A DNA stretch of 45,428 nucleotides from a virus (Duplodnaviria > Caudoviricetes), in the IMG/VR virus record IMGVR_UViG_3300035676_000015, positions 1 to 45,428 of that record; one strand, written 5' to 3'. The notes under the pieces are model-generated. The model made no database searches. It was given only the letters and a program-made list of their open reading frames with translations, and was not told where the DNA came from. Positions 36,578-45,428 of the stretch are shown one piece after another; position 1 is the first letter of the stretch, and each line of letters begins with the position of its first letter. Position numbers and translations under genes: made by a program.

Positions 36578-38257
36578 ATGGGATGGGCAGAAGGATTTGC
36601 AGTAGGATTAAAACTTAGAGAGAAAATGGATGCTGAGGAAAAGCAACGTTTAGCTACTGAGATTTATAATAAAACTTATAACATTCAACCAGGGGAAACT
36701 GAGTCTGAGGCTAAAAATAAAACATTAGTTCCACCAGCTCCTTATCCTAAAGACTATGTAAAAGGTACTGGTTTTGATGGTCAAGAGACTATGATGCCTC
36801 GTGGTGCAATGTCTATGACTGATAGTGGAGTTACTACAAACCCACTTAAACAAGTAGAAAATCAAGTAGACTCTGTGTTTAATAAAGCAGATTCAGTAAT
36901 GGGTGGAAATATTCCTGTAGGTTTTGCTACTGACTATACAACAGATGTTAATAAGACATCTCCTTTTGGTACATATGAACAGACAGGTGCTCAAAGCCCT
37001 GCTGATATGCCTTTTGGTTTTAATGCTATTCCTAAAGATTATCAACCTATGGAAGGTAGTGTAACTACAAGTCCAGCAGAAGAAACACCTCAAGCTACTA
37101 TTACAGAGGTACCTAAGTTTTCAACACTTCCTCCAGAAGTTAAAGATAAACTTGCTAATGCTAGAACAGAAGATGAATACAATAGTATTTTAACAAACTA
37201 TCAATCTAACTCTGCTCCTAAAGAAACAAGTCTTTATCAAAAGACTGTAGAAGAAGTATCTTCTGCTCAAAATAAATTAAATGAACATCAAAACAATTTA
37301 ACTAAAATTAAATCTGTTGTTGGTCAAATGCGTAGTAAAGGTTTGTGGAAAGAAGCTGCTGACTATGAATCTAAAGCTCTTGATGCTGAAAAAGCTGTAT
37401 ATGAATCTACAGATGCTTATTATAAAACAACATCTAAAGCTTTAGACATTAGAGCAGGGTTAGCTAATGCTTATTTAAAAGCAGTTGAGAATGGTGCTAA
37501 TCCTGATTGGGCTTGGAATCAATCTATTCTTAGAGCTAATCAATTAGGTATTCCTGATATGGATCAGTATGCTAATCTTCAAGGAGACAAACGAACTCAA
37601 TTTGCTACAATGATTCGTGATGAAGCTTTGTCAACTAAAGATAGATTAAAGTCTGATCTTGATACTATGAGAGAAGTAGGTAAAGAAGAACGTTTTAAAC
37701 GTAACCTTACTTTTAAACAAGATACTAATCTTATGAAAGACAGATGGAAAACAGTTGATCAAAACCTTACAGCTCGTAATTTAGATATTAAAGAAGCTAC
37801 TGCTGAGTTTAATATGTCAAATAAAATGGTTGGTAATTTACAAAAAGAACTTAAAGCTAAACAAGCTCGTATTGATAAGCTTAGAACTGGTGACTATATT
37901 ACTGATGAGTTTGGTATGGCTTTACAAGGTCCTGAAAGACAACGTGAAGCTGCTATTTTAAACCAAGAAATAGGTGACATTCAAGAACGTTTAGATGCAG
38001 CTTTAGCTCACACAGAGTCTTATAAGAAGGTATTACCTAAAGATGAAATTAAGAAAATAGAAAATGAAAACAAAATTGAAACATCATATTCTAGTCTTTC
38101 TCAACAAAATGTAGATCAAGTTACTGCCGCACTTAATAAGAACCCTACTCAAGTAACAGCAATTACAAAAGCATTTGAAGAACAGCATCCTGGACTATCT
38201 ATTACAATTGATAAGACTAATAACACTGTTAAAGTAATTACTAAAAAGGCTAAATAA
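36578..38257 (+). CDS. internal virion/ejection protein
   Basis: Helical, low-complexity, lies between ejection genes. Confidence 0.65.
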   Translation: MGWAEGFAVGLKLREKMDAEEKQRLATEIYNKTYNIQPGETESEAKNKTLVPPAPYPKDYVKGTGFDGQETMMPRGAMSMTDSGVTTNPLKQVENQVDSVFNKADSVMGGNIPVGFATDYTTDVNKTSPFGTYEQTGAQSPADMPFGFNAIPKDYQPMEGSVTTSPAEETPQATITEVPKFSTLPPEVKDKLANARTEDEYNSILTNYQSNSAPKETSLYQKTVEEVSSAQNKLNEHQNNLTKIKSVVGQMRSKGLWKEAADYESKALDAEKAVYESTDAYYKTTSKALDIRAGLANAYLKAVENGANPDWAWNQSILRANQLGIPDMDQYANLQGDKRTQFATMIRDEALSTKDRLKSDLDTMREVGKEERFKRNLTFKQDTNLMKDRWKTVDQNLTARNLDIKEATAEFNMSNKMVGNLQKELKAKQARIDKLRTGDYITDEFGMALQGPERQREAAILNQEIGDIQERLDAALAHTESYKKVLPKDEIKKIENENKIETSYSSLSQQNVDQVTAALNKNPTQVTAITKAFEEQHPGLSITIDKTNNTVKVITKKAK

Positions 38258-41200
38258 ATGGCTGAATCAAGCCCATACTTAAAGTATGTAACGGTCAACG
38301 ATATACCAGCAGAGCAAGCTGAAGCTAATATTAAAAACTATTTAGATGGTTTAGGTAATGCTGAAGGTGCTAACTATGATACTATTGTTGGTGGTAAAAA
38401 GTTTACTGATTACTCTAAACATCCTGGTGTAGTAGGTATTACTACAAAAGAAGGCCCTTCTACGGCTGCAGGAAAGTATCAGATAACTAAAACTACTTAT
38501 GATTATTATGCTCCTAAATTAGGAATTAAAGATTTTAGTCCTGAATCTCAAGATAAGATTGCTCGTGCTATTCTTAAAGATAAGAACGCTGAGAATGATA
38601 TTATTAAAGGAGACTTTGATGCTGCCCACTCAAAGCTCGGATCTACATGGGCAAGTCTACCAACAAGCAAATACTCACAACCAAAGAAAACTAATGAGTG
38701 GGTTGAGGAAAATATAAAACCTGTTAAATCTGGAAGCTACACTGCAGATCAAATAGATAATATAGACAAACCTCAACAGGTGTTAGATCGGCATGATTCT
38801 AGTAACGTGTCTGATGATAATCCCTATCTTAAATACGTTAATCAAAAACAAGAAGAAGATAATCCATATCTTAAATATGTTACTAAAGAAGATATAAGTC
38901 CTTCTAAATCATTTGGTAAAGCTTTTGTAGGTGGTATTACTGAGAAGATTGCTGCTTCTCCAGGCATGGCTGCGGGTGCTAAACTTGGGTTTGAAGCTGG
39001 ATTAAAAACAGGTAGGTTTGCTCCTATAGCAGCTCCTGTATTAGGTCTTGCAGGTGGTATTGGTGGTTATGTTGGTGGTTTAAAAGCTGTAGAAAATGTA
39101 TATGAAAAGTATGTACCAGAGGCTCTTAAAGAAGCTACAGGTTTTGATAAAGCAACACGTCAAGCTGAGATTGAAGCTAATCCTGAAGCATCATTTGCAG
39201 GTGAGTTAGGAAGTAATATTGTTTTATTTAGACCTGGTACATTACAACCTATTACTCTTCCTGGTGGTAAAGTTATATCACCATTAGCTCAACGCGTAGT
39301 ATTAGGCAATGTAGCTGGTGGTATTGAAGTTGGCTCACAAATGTTGTCAGATGAAGAGTTATCTCCTCAAGCTAGAGCACAACGTGTAGGTGAGTCATTA
39401 CTTTTTGGTGCTGTAGCTGCTAAACCTACATCAGTTACTACCTATGCTGATAAATTAGCAGGTAACATTATTAAAAAGATTCCTGGTACTTCTGAGTATG
39501 TACCTTCAACAAGGACTACACAACCTCCTAGACCTAATATTAATGTTCCTCCTAGAGAACCTGCACCTCAACAAGGTGATATGTTCCAGACAGAATTAAA
39601 TCAAGCTAATGATTTAGCTCGTAGAGGTCAAATCTTTGAAGCTACAGAAGCAAGAAGATCTCCTACAGATGCTGTTATTAAAACTGAAGGTGAACTTGAT
39701 CTTGTTAAAATGGATGCTAAACAATCTCGTTCTAAACTAGAAGAAAGCATACCTGATGTACGCAATCGTGAACAAATTACAATGTCTATTGAAGGACAAA
39801 AACGTCAAGATCAACTTTTAACTGACCTTCAAAAAGCTGAACAACTTCGTATTTTACAACAAAGTATTATTAAAAAACAAGACCTTGCTAGAGAGATTGC
39901 TAATCGTATAGAAGCAGGCCGGTCTTTAGATGATTTAAATAGAGGTAATACTAGATTAAGTAATGCTTATAATAATCTTAAGTCTAAAGAAGGTTTTCCA
40001 AGAAATGGTACACCAGACGAACAGTTATCTTTTTTACATGCTGATATAGAAAATACTAGATTTGGTTATCAAAAGTTAACAGAACGTCCTTCTGATGAAG
40101 CTTCTTTTGGTGTAAGAGATTATGTTGTAGATGAGTTTAGACGTATGGGTGAACAGGCTAGACGTGAAGGTTTATTACCTAATATGCGTCGTGACTATGT
40201 AACTCACGCTTTAAATTATACTGACTCTGTATTAAATAGAGAACAACAAAGATCACTATCTGATTTTTTATATAGAAATACTAATCAATCTAGATTTGAA
40301 AGAGACTTTACACAAGCTCGTCAATTTAGATATATTAGAGACTTAGAAAAAGCTTTAAGAGAAGCAGGTGATGCTCTTGGTTTAGATACTCGTGGTATTA
40401 AAGTAGAACGTGACATAGCTAAGATTATGGAAATCTATAAAAACTCTATGGGTAAAGCTATTGTAGAGAAACGTATGGTTAACTATCTAGAAAAAACTAA
40501 GATGGATGGTTCTCCATATACTGGTGTTGATACTGAATTACCAATCTTAACTAGAGATATACAACTAGGTTATAGAAATAACTATGTTAAGTTTACTGGT
40601 CAAGATTCTGAAGTACTAGAAGGTATGTTAGTACACCCAGACTTTAAAGATGTTTTAGGTTATGCATTTAGACAAGAAGATCCTGACTTGATGCTTGAAG
40701 CTCTTAAGTCTGTGTCAATGTTATCTAAATTCTTAAACACTGTAGGTTCTTTATTCCATGCTACATCATTAGGTGTTGCAAGTACAACAGCGGCTCCTGG
40801 TGTAATGATTAAAGAAATATTTACAGGTGGTGCAGGTATTAAGGCAGCATTAAGAAATCTTGAACATAATGGTGTAGGAGCTCAAGGTGAACTACTTATT
40901 AGAAATGGTTTAAAAGTAGCGACAGAAGACGTTCAAAGAACAGTTATAGGTGATGCTGCTGGTACAATAGATAATATTGTTAATAAGTATTTTACTCAAG
41001 ATGCTACTAAAAAGTTTGCTAGACGTGTAAGTGATCCATTAGAACAACACTTTATTAATCACATGAATAGATTTACATGGGATTACATGCATGCTGGTGG
41101 TAAGTTACATCTAGCTCAACACTTCTTTACACAGATTAAAGCTAAACATCCTGAGTTACCTGATGATAAAATAGCAGCTGAAGTATCTAGTTTTGTTAAT

Positions 41201-42016
41201 AATACACTAGGTGGCTTAAACTGGTTAAAAGTAGTTAGTGAAGTAGAGAACAAATTCTTAAAAGGTTTTGCTCAAAAACTAATGAAAAAAGAAAATAGAG
41301 ACTGGGCACAAATTGTATTGTTTGCTCCTGACTGGACTGTATCTACACTTAGATCATTTACAAAAGCATTACCTAAAGAGTTAATGAAACCTCAAAACTG
41401 GGAATTACGAAAAGGTGTTAAAGGTATCATTGATCCTACAAATAGTAACGACTTAGCTCGTAGATATGTATTAACTACAGGTTTGTTATGGCTAACAATA
41501 CTAAATGGATTTAACTATGCATTTACAGGTAGACCTATTTGGACTAACAAAGATCCTACTCGTGTAGACTTAGGTGATGGTACAGCTATTCAGATGGCTA
41601 AACACTCTATGGAAGCAGCTCATTGGTTACTAGATCCTGAGAAGACTTTAGGTAACAAATTAGGATTTATACCTAAAGCTATCTTTACAATGACAACAGG
41701 TAAACAATACCCAAGTCCTAAAGCTCCTATGGTTCAAGATATGGAACTACCATTTGGAGTTACTGTACCTGGTCAATCAACGGCAGGCAGAGCTTTACAT
41801 TCATTAAAAGCTGCTTTACCATTCCAAGTAAGTGCTGCTTCTAGTGCTCCTCCAGGAGAAGGATTTAAACGAGCAGCCTTTAGCTTTATAGGTATGCCAA
41901 TTTATGGTCAAACAAATAGAGCTAATACAACTCCTGAAGTTCTTGGTAAACGTAAATTAAAACGTAAAGAAACTAGAATTAAAAACAGAATGAAAAAACT
42001 GGAAGAGAATCAATAA
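38258..42016 (+). CDS. large ejection protein with N-terminal lambda R-like muralytic domain
   Basis: AEG..YD..VGG..F.DYS.HP, STAAGKYQI, DFSPESQD, WASLP. Confidence 0.8.
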   Translation: MAESSPYLKYVTVNDIPAEQAEANIKNYLDGLGNAEGANYDTIVGGKKFTDYSKHPGVVGITTKEGPSTAAGKYQITKTTYDYYAPKLGIKDFSPESQDKIARAILKDKNAENDIIKGDFDAAHSKLGSTWASLPTSKYSQPKKTNEWVEENIKPVKSGSYTADQIDNIDKPQQVLDRHDSSNVSDDNPYLKYVNQKQEEDNPYLKYVTKEDISPSKSFGKAFVGGITEKIAASPGMAAGAKLGFEAGLKTGRFAPIAAPVLGLAGGIGGYVGGLKAVENVYEKYVPEALKEATGFDKATRQAEIEANPEASFAGELGSNIVLFRPGTLQPITLPGGKVISPLAQRVVLGNVAGGIEVGSQMLSDEELSPQARAQRVGESLLFGAVAAKPTSVTTYADKLAGNIIKKIPGTSEYVPSTRTTQPPRPNINVPPREPAPQQGDMFQTELNQANDLARRGQIFEATEARRSPTDAVIKTEGELDLVKMDAKQSRSKLEESIPDVRNREQITMSIEGQKRQDQLLTDLQKAEQLRILQQSIIKKQDLAREIANRIEAGRSLDDLNRGNTRLSNAYNNLKSKEGFPRNGTPDEQLSFLHADIENTRFGYQKLTERPSDEASFGVRDYVVDEFRRMGEQARREGLLPNMRRDYVTHALNYTDSVLNREQQRSLSDFLYRNTNQSRFERDFTQARQFRYIRDLEKALREAGDALGLDTRGIKVERDIAKIMEIYKNSMGKAIVEKRMVNYLEKTKMDGSPYTGVDTELPILTRDIQLGYRNNYVKFTGQDSEVLEGMLVHPDFKDVLGYAFRQEDPDLMLEALKSVSMLSKFLNTVGSLFHATSLGVASTTAAPGVMIKEIFTGGAGIKAALRNLEHNGVGAQGELLIRNGLKVATEDVQRTVIGDAAGTIDNIVNKYFTQDATKKFARRVSDPLEQHFINHMNRFTWDYMHAGGKLHLAQHFFTQIKAKHPELPDDKIAAEVSSFVNNTLGGLNWLKVVSEVENKFLKGFAQKLMKKENRDWAQIVLFAPDWTVSTLRSFTKALPKELMKPQNWELRKGVKGIIDPTNSNDLARRYVLTTGLLWLTILNGFNYAFTGRPIWTNKDPTRVDLGDGTAIQMAKHSMEAAHWLLDPEKTLGNKLGFIPKAIFTMTTGKQYPSPKAPMVQDMELPFGVTVPGQSTAGRALHSLKAALPFQVSAASSAPPGEGFKRAAFSFIGMPIYGQTNRANTTPEVLGKRKLKRKETRIKNRMKKLEENQ

Positions 42017-42516
42017 TGGCATTACCTTTACCTCCAATACCCAACGTACCTGTAGGTAACTCTCATGAGTGGAGAGACTGGTTCTTTAGACTATACCAAA
42101 ACGTAGGCGGTGAAAATGCAGGTAACGTTTGGAACAATATTGATTTTACTGGTTCAAACATAACTAGTATTAAGATTAGAGAACACAATACTTTACAAGG
42201 TTTACAAGGTGGTAACGATTCTGGTACTGAGTATTACCACTTAAGTTCTAATGAGTATAATGGATTATCTAATTATACTAATTTTATTTCTACAATAACA
42301 GTAACAAGCAGTCCTTTTACCTATCAAAATGCAACAGGCTATAATGCTAGTGTTATTGTTACAGGGGGTACTGTGTCTTTAGTTGAATTTTCTAGAGATG
42401 GTGTTACTTTTTATACAATAGGTACTACAACAAATACTATGGTGTTTTTAAGCCCTATGGACTTTGTTAAAGTAACATATAGTAGTGTTCCTACTATGGT
42501 GGTAGTACCTAGATAA
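42016..42516 (+). CDS. hypothetical virion-module protein
   Basis: WRDWF, HNTLQGLQGG...YYHL. Confidence 0.65.
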   Translation: MALPLPPIPNVPVGNSHEWRDWFFRLYQNVGGENAGNVWNNIDFTGSNITSIKIREHNTLQGLQGGNDSGTEYYHLSSNEYNGLSNYTNFISTITVTSSPFTYQNATGYNASVIVTGGTVSLVEFSRDGVTFYTIGTTTNTMVFLSPMDFVKVTYSSVPTMVVVPR

Positions 42517-42606
42517 ATTAATGATTTTACTGATGTATTTTATTTAGATTTATAGTATAATATATGTACAGTATAAATTTGTATACTGCATTTATAGGAG
42601 AATACT

Positions 42607-42678
42607 ATGTGGACAAAACCAGCAGCTACTGAAATGCGTTTCGGTTTCGAAGTTACAATGTATGTAATGAATAAGTAA
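42607..42678 (+). CDS. pqqA: coenzyme PQQ precursor peptide PqqA (not in ORF track)
   Basis: MWTKPAATEMRFGFEVTMYVMNK, with W.KP, R.GFE and the ExxxY core; AGGAG SD 6 nt upstream. Confidence 0.95.
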   Translation: MWTKPAATEMRFGFEVTMYVMNK

Positions 42679-42775
42679 GTTTGTTAAACTACCTTCAAAG
42701 GATGTAGTAAGTTGGAATTTTTGTAGTTTTCCTACCAACATGTAATTAACTACCAAATTTGAAATTTGCTTATAT

Positions 42776-42808
42776 AAAAAAAGGGGCTTTAGGGCCCCTT
42801 TATTATTT
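42776..42808. terminator. bidirectional rho-independent terminator where the two arms converge
   Basis: A tract, GGGGC-N6-GCCCC, then a T-rich tract. Confidence 0.85.
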
Positions 42809-42953
42809 AACCTTTAAGAAAGTTAAGAACATCATCAAACTCTTTAAAGATTAAGATTTGATTATCTTGTTGTTTAGTCAAGATATCTAATTTTGTTGCA
42901 TTAACAATAAAACCATTTGCTACTTTATTAATTTGTACACCATCGTACGTCAT
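42807..42953 (-). CDS. hypothetical protein, 48 aa (not in ORF track)
   Basis: AAGGAG SD; MTYDGVQINKVANGFIV...FLKG. Confidence 0.7.
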   Translation of the reverse strand: MTYDGVQINKVANGFIVNATKLDILTKQQDNQILIFKEFDDVLNFLKG

Positions 42954-42963
42954 ACTATCTCCT

Positions 42964-43101
42964 TTAAATATTAAATACTATTCTAACTAAAAACAAGTCT
43001 ATAACAATAAACAAGTCTTGACTATCTGGATCTGCATCTTTACCATCTACAAGTTCTATACCAAAGGTACATCCATTAATTAAGTGATAAGAGAAATGCA
43101 T
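42964..43101 (-). CDS. hypothetical protein, 45 aa (not in ORF track)
   Basis: TAATG coupling to nrdJ; MHFSYHLINGCTFGIE...LFLVRIVFNI. Confidence 0.6.
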   Translation of the reverse strand: MHFSYHLINGCTFGIELVDGKDADPDSQDLFIVIDLFLVRIVFNI

Positions 43102-44987
43102 TATTGTACTCCTACAACTTCACAAACACCGGCTGTACAGCTTAGTTCCTGAGTGCCTGTGGTTGTATCTTCTTGCTCTTTTAAGTTACCCCAATCAATG
43201 TTAGGGAAACTTGCTACAAAGGTATCATACTCTTCCTTTGTAATCTCTTGATAAGGTGCTTGTTTATAAACGTGATCGGAATGAGGCAGAAGGCTCACAC
43301 CTGATACATCACTGAAGTTGTTATAAATCCAATCACCTATTGTCAAGAATTCATTATCTTTATAGTAAACTGTAATAGAAGGATTATGTTCTGTCCAGTT
43401 CTTTTGATATACACTATAAAGTTTTAATTGTTCTATTGCATTTGTTTCATTACGAGTAACACCTGATTCAGTTCCTTTTTGAGGAAAACTAAATATAGTA
43501 ATGTCACTAGGTTTTGTTACATCAGGTTCATTCGGGACGCCTGCTTCTTTAAAGAATGCTGTGAGCGGGTCTTTATTGTCCATGCGTACAGTTCGTATAT
43601 AATACTGGCTATAAGCAGGATGAATCCCACTTGAGCAACCCACCAACTGGGACACAGTACCAGAAGGCTTAACTGTTGTAATAGCAGCAGATTGAGGAAT
43701 ACCCAACTTGTCGGCCCACTCTTTATTAACTTCAATAGCATATTCACGTAACTCCTTTAACCAATTAACACATTCATCTGTAGGTTTACTTAATACAGGA
43801 TGATCCATAATACCTGTCATACTAACACCAAGTAAACGTTCTTCTTCTTGGTTCTTACGCCAGTCACTTCTTAAGTATCTAAAGTTTGTAAGGGTGGATT
43901 GGAATGTCCCGATAATTGTTGCGATCCTGACTTTTTCTTTAAGACTAGCAAGGGTATCATTCTCTCTGATGACAACTTCACTGAGATTGCAAAGTCCTTT
44001 AGATCGCAGGATAATTTCTCCGCAAGGGTTTGTACCATACTCAAAGCCTTCAACATCTCTTCTTCCGTTAGCGCTGGCTTTCTTTGTAGCTGCAACTCTA
44101 TTAAATATACCTCTTTCCCCACTTTTTGACTCATACAATGTTGTCCATTCTTTTAAGAAAATACCTACATCAGGTTTTTCAGTATAGGCGACTGAGTTGT
44201 TGGCAAGTGCACGTTGCACATCAGATTCCCACCATGCTCCGTTCTTTGCGTTTCGCATTCTATCGTCGGTGAGGTTTGACAAGCTGATAAGAGCAGACCT
44301 ACGAACACCGCCAACAATAACAATATCAGCAACTTTACATACGATATCATGGCATTCTAAGCTGTTAAGCTTCCTTCCTGCTGCTTTCTTAAACGTGTGT
44401 ACCGTAAATGCGAACAAGTCCTCGAGAGGCTTAGGGCCGCTTGCTCTGCCACCGAAAGTCTTGAGTCTAGTACCTGCAGGTCTGACTCCTGAAGTGTCCC
44501 ATTTTGGTATCCTTCCTGAATAGAGTAAGCTAATGAGTTCACGGTATGAACTAGCCCAGCCAATTCTGCTGTCTTTAACTCTAATTGTTGTATCAGTGTC
44601 ATGAAATTCCTCCGCAATTGTAGGTAGGTTATTAGTAAACTGACGTTCTACACTAAAGCCTACACCAGTACCACACATTAAAACATACATAATTTCATCA
44701 AATGCTTTAGGAGAATCAATAGCAATAAAACTACAATTATAACCTGCTATTTCATCTCTTTCTAAAGCTGGACCTGCTGCCATTAAACAACGCATGCTAG
44801 GCATAACGCTAAGGTTTTCTATAGCTTTATTTACATCTTCTGTAGGAAAGACGTTAGGAAATCTATTATTAAAAAATCCAGTATATCTGTCTACAGTTTC
44901 TTTCCATGTCTCTCTACGACTTTCATCAGGTAGCCATCTTGCATAACGGCTTGCATGAATGAAACGTTGATAGTCTGTTAATTGCAT
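43101..44987 (-). CDS. nrdJ: class II adenosylcobalamin-dependent ribonucleotide reductase
   Basis: YNCS, GGVRRSA, TNPCGEI, CNLSE, VKPSGTVS, C-terminal CTAGVC; no NrdB partner seen. Confidence 0.92.
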   Translation of the reverse strand: MQLTDYQRFIHASRYARWLPDESRRETWKETVDRYTGFFNNRFPNVFPTEDVNKAIENLSVMPSMRCLMAAGPALERDEIAGYNCSFIAIDSPKAFDEIMYVLMCGTGVGFSVERQFTNNLPTIAEEFHDTDTTIRVKDSRIGWASSYRELISLLYSGRIPKWDTSGVRPAGTRLKTFGGRASGPKPLEDLFAFTVHTFKKAAGRKLNSLECHDIVCKVADIVIVGGVRRSALISLSNLTDDRMRNAKNGAWWESDVQRALANNSVAYTEKPDVGIFLKEWTTLYESKSGERGIFNRVAATKKASANGRRDVEGFEYGTNPCGEIILRSKGLCNLSEVVIRENDTLASLKEKVRIATIIGTFQSTLTNFRYLRSDWRKNQEEERLLGVSMTGIMDHPVLSKPTDECVNWLKELREYAIEVNKEWADKLGIPQSAAITTVKPSGTVSQLVGCSSGIHPAYSQYYIRTVRMDNKDPLTAFFKEAGVPNEPDVTKPSDITIFSFPQKGTESGVTRNETNAIEQLKLYSVYQKNWTEHNPSITVYYKDNEFLTIGDWIYNNFSDVSGVSLLPHSDHVYKQAPYQEITKEEYDTFVASFPNIDWGNLKEQEDTTTGTQELSCTAGVCEVVGVQ

Positions 44988-45163
44988 TAGTCTCTATCTC
45001 CATTCATTGATAATTCTTTGTTAAAGTAATCATAACGTTCTTCTATACGTTCAAAGAAAGCATCAACTAAATCATAAGAGTTAATATTTAAAACTTCAAG
45101 AAGAGTAATTTCATCGTACTCATCGGCTAATCTTTCTTTAATTTCTTGTAACGTAAGTGTCAT
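44987..45163 (-). CDS. hypothetical protein, 58 aa (not in ORF track)
   Basis: MTLTLQEIKERL...LLEVLNINSYDLVDAF; TAATG coupling to nrdJ. Confidence 0.7.
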   Translation of the reverse strand: MTLTLQEIKERLADEYDEITLLEVLNINSYDLVDAFFERIEERYDYFNKELSMNGDRD

Positions 45164-45164
45164 G

Positions 45165-45368
45165 TTATGTTTTTAATTCTTTTAATAATTCTACGTAATG
45201 GATAACTTTATTTAAGTCTTCCACTCCACCTTTGTCTTGCCATCTACAAATATATTTAATGATATTGCCTTCAATAAAAGGAATATTATTTTTAGTAATA
45301 AATTCAATTGGTTGGATTTGAAACTTCTTGTAATGTCCACCAGCTACCTGTTTATTTAATGCACTCAT
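45165..45368 (-). CDS. DUF3310-like protein
   Basis: QVAGGHY...QPIEFI...FIEGNIIKY..R...KGGVEDL.K..HY. Confidence 0.8.
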   Translation of the reverse strand: MSALNKQVAGGHYKKFQIQPIEFITKNNIPFIEGNIIKYICRWQDKGGVEDLNKVIHYVELLKELKT

Positions 45369-45374
45369 ACTATT

Positions 45375-45403
45375 ATTATACCATCCTTTTTTTAGATTTG
45401 CAA
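45375..45403 (-). promoter_or_regulatory. sigma70 promoter for the DUF3310-nrdJ unit
   Basis: TTGCAA-17-TATAAT with extended -10 TG. Confidence 0.75.
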
Positions 45404-45428
45404 GACTTTTTATTACCATAATGATGAT

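Noticed and set aside
45369-45419. N-terminal extension of the DUF3310-like ORF
   Set aside because: It overlaps the promoter elements, and family similarity begins at MSALNKQV.
45402-45428. Terminal 27-nt repeat as a biological direct terminal repeat
   Set aside because: It falls mid-arm, overlapping a promoter edge and a possible ORF. It is better explained as assembler overlap of a circular contig.
1-45428. Alternative genetic code, diversity-generating retroelement, integrase or phage RNA polymerase
   Set aside because: Genes are full length in the standard code, and I saw no reverse transcriptase, recombinase or RNAP motifs.

Overview
This window appears to be a complete, circularly assembled genome of about 45.4 kb from an AT-rich tailed dsDNA phage with podovirus-type morphogenesis genes; the first 27 nt are repeated at the end. 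Two arms diverge from a mostly non-coding control region at about 12.46-13.70 kb and meet at a bidirectional terminator near 42.79 kb. The minus-strand arm carries small early genes, an amidoligase / class II glutamine amidotransferase / ATP-grasp cassette of the phiEco32/LUZ24 type, primase, SF4 helicase, a family A DNA polymerase split into two genes, a putative SSB, a 5'-3' exonuclease, endonuclease I, a DnaQ-like exonuclease, a DUF3310-like protein and a class II (B12-dependent) ribonucleotide reductase. The plus-strand arm carries TerS, a cluster of tiny basic proteins, HNH, TerL, portal, GroES, scaffold, capsid, fibres, lysis genes and P22-like tail and ejection proteins. I saw no integrase, RNA polymerase, tRNA or CRISPR array; several near-consensus sigma70 promoters are present. 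The clearest highlight, missed by the ORF track, is a 23-aa pqqA gene (PQQ precursor peptide) at 42607-42678, which points to a methylotroph (Methylophilaceae-like) host. The most novel-looking signal is a strand-asymmetric set of hairpins with tandem G.A mismatches and GNA/GNNA loops around the likely genome-end/origin region, alongside a 99-bp pure A/T tract, an IHF site and a 10-bp-phased TTACA array. All family assignments come from motif recognition by eye, not database searches.
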